Part shown: positions 59,932 through 64,000 of the stretch, in pieces
Layout of the letters: the number at the start of each line of letters is the position of its first letter
How positions within the stretch are numbered: position 1 is the first letter of the stretch
DNA from: an uncultured cyanobacterium
GTDB taxonomy: Bacteria > Cyanobacteriota > Cyanobacteriia > PCC-9006 > JAAUQQ01
Direction: 5' to 3'
DNA: 64,000 nt
NCBI GenBank assembly: GCA_963718615.1
Contig: OY970368.1
Span: 1,216,001 to 1,280,000 of the forward strand
Program-made: the position numbers and the translations under genes
Notes under the pieces: generated by a model
What the model was told of the DNA's origin: nothing
The model's database searches: none
What the model saw: only the letters and a program-made list of their open reading frames with translations

Positions 59932-61230
59932 ATGTCCCATTTATTGTTCCAACGCTGTTCCCTGTTCCTTGCATTGAGTTGGAGCTTAGCGGGATGCAGG
60001 CTGTGTTTGCCCGAGCCGGTCGGGTCGGGGGGGATACCGTTGCCCTCGGTTCAGCCGAGGCACTGTCAGGCTCCTGCGGCGATTCCCGAAGTCATTAATC
60101 TTGAGAATTTGGACCAGGCGGAGTTTTTGGCCTTTGGCGGTGGGGGCGCGCCGAGCTATAACGAGATTGCCCTGGAAAAAAATATGCTGTATTTCCAGCG
60201 ATCGCTCCAGGCCCTCAATCAACCCGCAGCTCCCATTTTCTTTGCCAATGGCAACAACGGCCAAGCAACGCTGCGCTATCTCGACGAAGCCGGTCGCGAA
60301 CGGTTTAAGGTGCCCAATATTCCCAATCTGCGCGGCCCCGCCACCTGGGATAGCCTAGAGCAGGTGTTTCTCACCTGGATGGACCAGGCCACGGTGCAGC
60401 CCCTGTTCTTCTATTTCACCGGCCACGGCACGCTCAACCCCGTCGATGACAATAACAATGCCTTCATTTTGTGGAAAGAGGACTTCATGAGCGTCCAGGA
60501 CTTCACCACCCGGCTCGATGCTCTGCCAGCGGCCAAGCCGATCGTGGTGATGATGGCCCAATGTTACTCCGGAGCCTTTGCCAATGTGATCTATGAAGGG
60601 GGGGACCCCAATCGGCCTGTGGCGCTGCGCAGCCGCTGCGGCTTTTTTGCGACGACGAAGGATTTACCCTCTGTGGGCTGCACGCCGGAGGTGAATGAAG
60701 CGGACTATCGCGACTATAGCTCCAGTTTCTTTGCGGGGCTGACCGGCCTAGACCGTGTGGGGCAGACGGTGACCTCGGCGGACTACAACCGGGATGGAAA
60801 AATTGCCTATGCTGAAGCTCATGCCTTTGCCAAGATCGATGAGCAGACGAGCGATCGCCCCATTTCCACCCTCGAAGCTTGGCTCCAGCGTCAGCTTCCG
60901 GCTCCGGTGGTGCCGGTGATTTTGCAAAAGCCCTTGAGCGATTGGAGCCAGCGGGCGCGACCGGAACGGGCGGCAGTGATTCGGGCCTTGGGCGATCGCC
61001 TGCGATTCAACCCCCAAAAGTCTTTCAGTCAAAACCAACAGCGTTTGGGCCTGACGAATCTGGCGGCGGATGCTGAGGATCCTGAAGTTGCCATGACGGC
61101 AGCCTATGTGGAGCGGCTGCGCATGGAGTTGCTCAATGTGGCGGCGGAGGAACAAATCCAGGTGTTGAAAAAGCCGCAGCAGATGAAAATTTTGCAGCAG
61201 TTAGTTGACTGCGAAAGCCAAGTTCCCTGA
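59932..61230 (+). CDS. Clan CD (caspase/legumain-like) cysteine peptidase, probable lipoprotein
   Basis: His motif FFYFTGHG and Cys motif MMAQCYSG, each after a hydrophobic strand; lipobox-like SLAGC. Confidence 0.75.
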   Translation: MSHLLFQRCSLFLALSWSLAGCRLCLPEPVGSGGIPLPSVQPRHCQAPAAIPEVINLENLDQAEFLAFGGGGAPSYNEIALEKNMLYFQRSLQALNQPAAPIFFANGNNGQATLRYLDEAGRERFKVPNIPNLRGPATWDSLEQVFLTWMDQATVQPLFFYFTGHGTLNPVDDNNNAFILWKEDFMSVQDFTTRLDALPAAKPIVVMMAQCYSGAFANVIYEGGDPNRPVALRSRCGFFATTKDLPSVGCTPEVNEADYRDYSSSFFAGLTGLDRVGQTVTSADYNRDGKIAYAEAHAFAKIDEQTSDRPISTLEAWLQRQLPAPVVPVILQKPLSDWSQRARPERAAVIRALGDRLRFNPQKSFSQNQQRLGLTNLAADAEDPEVAMTAAYVERLRMELLNVAAEEQIQVLKKPQQMKILQQLVDCESQVP

Positions 61231-61258
61231 TGGTGTTCTTTTGACTCTCTCTTTCCCT

Positions 61259-61900
61259 ATGACTTCTGATGCTCGTCAATTTGCGCCCGCAACTGAACGC
61301 AACCGCCAGCCAATCCTGACTGTTTTGCAGAAGGTTTTGCCGCCGACAGGAATGGTGTTGGAGATTTCTAGCGGCACGGGTCAACATGCGATATTTTTTG
61401 CACCTCGGCTCAAACCGCTAATTTGGTTGCCGAGCGAATTGACTCCGGAAGGACGGGAAAGCATTCAAGCTTGGCGGCAGGCGGAACCGTCGGAGAATTT
61501 GCTGGAGCCGATAACGCTGGATGTGATGGCATCGCCCTGGCCCGTAGAAGACCCTGATTGTCCGGCACTCCAGGACCAGCCTCGGATTCAGGCGATCGTC
61601 AATATCAATATGATTCACATTGCCCCTTGGGAGGCCTGCTTGGCGCTGATGGCAGGGGCGGGGCGAATTTTGCCAGAGGAGGGTGTGCTCTATCTTTATG
61701 GTCCGTACAAACGTAACGGCATGCATACCGCTCCGAGCAATGAAGCCTTTGATCAAAATCTCAAGGAGAGGAACTCGGATTGGGGAGTGCGGGATTTGGA
61801 GGGAGTGATTGCTGCGGCAGAAGCTAAAAATTTGTGGGCACAACAGATTGCAGAAATGCCTGCAAATAATCTGTCTGTGGTCTTCCGCAAAGGCGCTTAG
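61259..61900 (+). CDS. DUF938 SAM-dependent methyltransferase-like protein
   Basis: APATERNR.PIL, VLEI.SGTGQH, NMIHIAPW, YGPY, SN..FD, WGVRD and MPANN motifs. Confidence 0.9.
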   Translation: MTSDARQFAPATERNRQPILTVLQKVLPPTGMVLEISSGTGQHAIFFAPRLKPLIWLPSELTPEGRESIQAWRQAEPSENLLEPITLDVMASPWPVEDPDCPALQDQPRIQAIVNINMIHIAPWEACLALMAGAGRILPEEGVLYLYGPYKRNGMHTAPSNEAFDQNLKERNSDWGVRDLEGVIAAAEAKNLWAQQIAEMPANNLSVVFRKGA

Positions 61901-62092
61901 GAATAACGATCCAATCACACGCAATCTGTAAGTTGGGTTGAGTCTTGTGAAACCTAGTAGAAGCAAGGCGTTGGGTGCGGATGCGGATGCCGACTGTTAA
62001 ACTGGGGAGCGATCGCGTATTTGAATGTCTAGAGATCTCACCACCTAAAATCCCTAGAATGCTACACTGAATTTTAACGATATCCCACATCA

Positions 62093-62683
62093 TCATTCGT
62101 CGGTAAAGCGATCGCACCGCAACACAAACCCCGGCAACACATCTTCACCCGAAAGCTCAGCCGGTAAGCTCAACGTCTCTTTCTCCTGACCCTGTCGATA
62201 AATTTCCACCTCCTGTTCCTGGGGATTAAACAGCCAGCCCAGGCGCACGCCGCTGTCCATATACTCCTGCATCTTCTCTCGCAACGCGGACAAACTATCG
62301 GAGCTAGAACGCAGCTCAATCACAAAGTCCGGAGCAATGGGCGGAAATTTCCTGCGGTCCTCAGCGCTCAGCGCGAGCCAGCGCGATTCTTCGACCCAAG
62401 CCGCACCGGGAGAACGGTCCCCGCCCCCAGGTAACTTGAACAACGTTGAAGAACTAAAGACCCGACCGAGCTGACTGCGCTTATTCCAGAGATATAGCTC
62501 TCCACCTAAGCCTAATTCTCGGCTACCACTATCACCACCGACAGGGGACATCAGAATCACAACTCCTTTGGCGCTACGTTCGATGGCGAGGTCAGGATTA
62601 TTGATGCAGAGCTGGTAGAACTGCTCATCGGAGAGGTTGAGGGGATTGAAATCGAGTTCTAGGGGACGGGGTAGGGCGTACAT
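62093..62683 (-). CDS. Uma2 (DUF820) PD-(D/E)XK-family protein with the catalytic Asp replaced
   Basis: FYQLC..NPD..IER.A.G, PDFVIELRS.SD and KMQEY..SGVRLGWL motifs; RSPG where RSPD is expected. Confidence 0.9.
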   Translation of the reverse strand: MYALPRPLELDFNPLNLSDEQFYQLCINNPDLAIERSAKGVVILMSPVGGDSGSRELGLGGELYLWNKRSQLGRVFSSSTLFKLPGGGDRSPGAAWVEESRWLALSAEDRRKFPPIAPDFVIELRSSSDSLSALREKMQEYMDSGVRLGWLFNPQEQEVEIYRQGQEKETLSLPAELSGEDVLPGFVLRCDRFTDE

Positions 62684-62751
62684 GGTTTTTTCGGATTTGG
62701 CGATCGCTCCCAATAGTCTGATCCTAGCCTAAGCCCTTCTCAAAGATCCTC

Positions 62752-63117
62752 TTAAGATGCTTTTTGCTGCCAACGCTTGTGTTGTTCTGCCATCCAGCGT
62801 TTAGAACCGAAGATTCCAGACAATAGACCCGCTACCGTAAAATCAGCATCCAATGCTTCCCAGTGCAAACCATCCCCTGCTGGACTAACTTTAACTTTTG
62901 CTAACTCTGTTGCTTCAGCCTCTGCTAGTCCTTGGGCAATCTTAGGTGGAAAACTAAAGACTGCTCCGCTCTTGAGTCGAATCACAATCAGAGCCGCTTT
63001 CTCGTCGTAATAGGCAGCGATCGCCCGAGGTTCCGTCAAGCTTGCCGCTGTTTCAGCAGCCTGCGCCTTGGCAAATTGAGCCTCAAAGTCTAGTGCTTCA
63101 GAAATTGGGTCAGTCAT
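62752..63117 (-). CDS. DUF2442 domain protein (putative antitoxin)
   Basis: QGL..A...EL..V.VSPAGDGLHWE.LDADF.V.GLL.GIFG...WM. Confidence 0.88.
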   Translation of the reverse strand: MTDPISEALDFEAQFAKAQAAETAASLTEPRAIAAYYDEKAALIVIRLKSGAVFSFPPKIAQGLAEAEATELAKVKVSPAGDGLHWEALDADFTVAGLLSGIFGSKRWMAEQHKRWQQKAS

Positions 63118-63151
63118 GGTACTCTCGCCAGTGTTCCAACAATATTTCTGC
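63110..63151 (-). pseudogene. Possible 3' remnant of a DUF4160 partner gene
   Basis: Reads AEILLEHWREYHD* and overlaps the DUF2442 start (ATGACTGA). The upstream frame is closed by stop codons. Confidence 0.5.
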
Positions 63152-63239
63152 CGAGCTTCGAGGCTTATCCGGATTTTCTGTAGAGGGCTGCGAAAAAATA
63201 TCTGCAGAAATTTTCGCAGGATTCTAATCCTATTCCTTT

Positions 63240-63719
63240 ATGAATATGCGACAACATTTTCGATATAAAACTTTTGGAATGACGGCTTTGATAGGAGGTA
63301 TCTCAGTATTATTCTTTTCTTCGCCCTCGGTCCTGGCGCAATTCCCTCCTGAACGTGTCTACACCGATCTTTTTTTTGATAACTATCTGAGCACCGAGAT
63401 ACGGTTTATTCCAAGAGCATATCTGAATTGTCAGCCGGGAAAGATTATGGCTAATTATGAAATAAAACGAGAGCCTGTAGGTAGAGCTTCAGACAAGCTT
63501 CTGGCTCAAGGAACTTTGTCTACATTTGATTGCAGCCGTGCACTTGAGGATGGTGAAGGATGGCTGTTCAAAGAGACTTGGAGTGCAGACGGAAATTTAT
63601 GTGAAGGACGCTTACAGCTAATTGATAGAGTATGGCACTTTGACCGAGCTGTATTTGGAAAAAATTGTTCTTTTACTGGTAAGTCTTATCTCATTCCCGC
63701 AAGTAATTCACAACGCTAG
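63240..63719 (+). CDS. Hypothetical secreted protein (4 Cys)
   Basis: Signal peptide ending VLA-Q; visibly AT-richer than its flanks. Confidence 0.65.
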   Translation: MNMRQHFRYKTFGMTALIGGISVLFFSSPSVLAQFPPERVYTDLFFDNYLSTEIRFIPRAYLNCQPGKIMANYEIKREPVGRASDKLLAQGTLSTFDCSRALEDGEGWLFKETWSADGNLCEGRLQLIDRVWHFDRAVFGKNCSFTGKSYLIPASNSQR

Positions 63720-63800
63720 TTTTGCAATAAACATGAAGGTCAGCCAACATACTATTACTGCATAGAGAAAACTATGCGATCGCTCCATGGGCCAGACAAC

Positions 63801-64000
63801 CTACAGCGCCGCCCGAAACGCCCGCGCCGCCTCCACCCGAGAACTCATCAACACACAGCGCGTCAACAGCTCAAAATCCATCTTGGGCAGCAGCTCACTC
63901 CGGCTCAGCTTTTCATAGCCAGACTCCCGCAAACCGAAAACCGAAAACAGACCATCTTCCCAAAACCAAACCTCCCTCACCCCCAACACCGCATATCGCG
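63801..64000 (-). CDS. Uma2-family protein, C-terminal part (5' end outside the window)
   Basis: Y..LGV.EVWFWEDG and Y....RSELLP..D..LL.RC motifs. Confidence 0.8.
   Translation of the reverse strand, partial: RYAVLGVREVWFWEDGLFSVFGLRESGYEKLSRSELLPKMDFELLTRCVLMSSRVEAARAFRAAL

Overview
Cyanobacterial chromosomal window, judged from dense HIP1 (GCGATCGC) sites, psb27, psb35 and a group 2 sigma factor. I found no rRNA, tRNA or CRISPR array. All gene identities come from my own reading of motifs; no database search was run. (i) 1-5.8 kb is a decaying accessory cluster: phosphoketolase, HPF/RaiA, an eRF1-like protein, DUF302, broken nitroreductase and class I aldolase genes, and an IS remnant. (ii) 5.8-30.2 kb is mostly housekeeping: pstSCAB with a Pho box, psb27-purA, ridA, futB/futC with a Fur-like box, gloB, a GT4 plus HepA-like ABC exporter, serS-rseP-nth, ftsH and a GspE/PilB-like ATPase. 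Embedded at 21.07-21.88 kb is a two-gene unit encoding an 8-Cys protein and a double-glycine-leader, Pro/Cys-rich peptide that looks like a RiPP precursor. (iii) About 30.3-58.4 kb is a general-stress/desiccation-type island built around an OrrA-like NarL regulator, a divergent run of four kinases plus a stand-alone receiver, and a SigB-type sigma factor. Its effectors include GH15, glucose dehydrogenase, TspO, Dps, MscS, a ChaB fusion, YihY, a 1052-aa helical-repeat membrane protein and small stress proteins. Many of its intergenic regions share a 16-bp inverted repeat, TCYnnC-N4-GnnRGA, a candidate OrrA box. (iv) 58.7-64 kb holds exported peptidases (DUF4344 and clan CD caspase-like), DUF938, two Uma2 genes and an orphan DUF2442.
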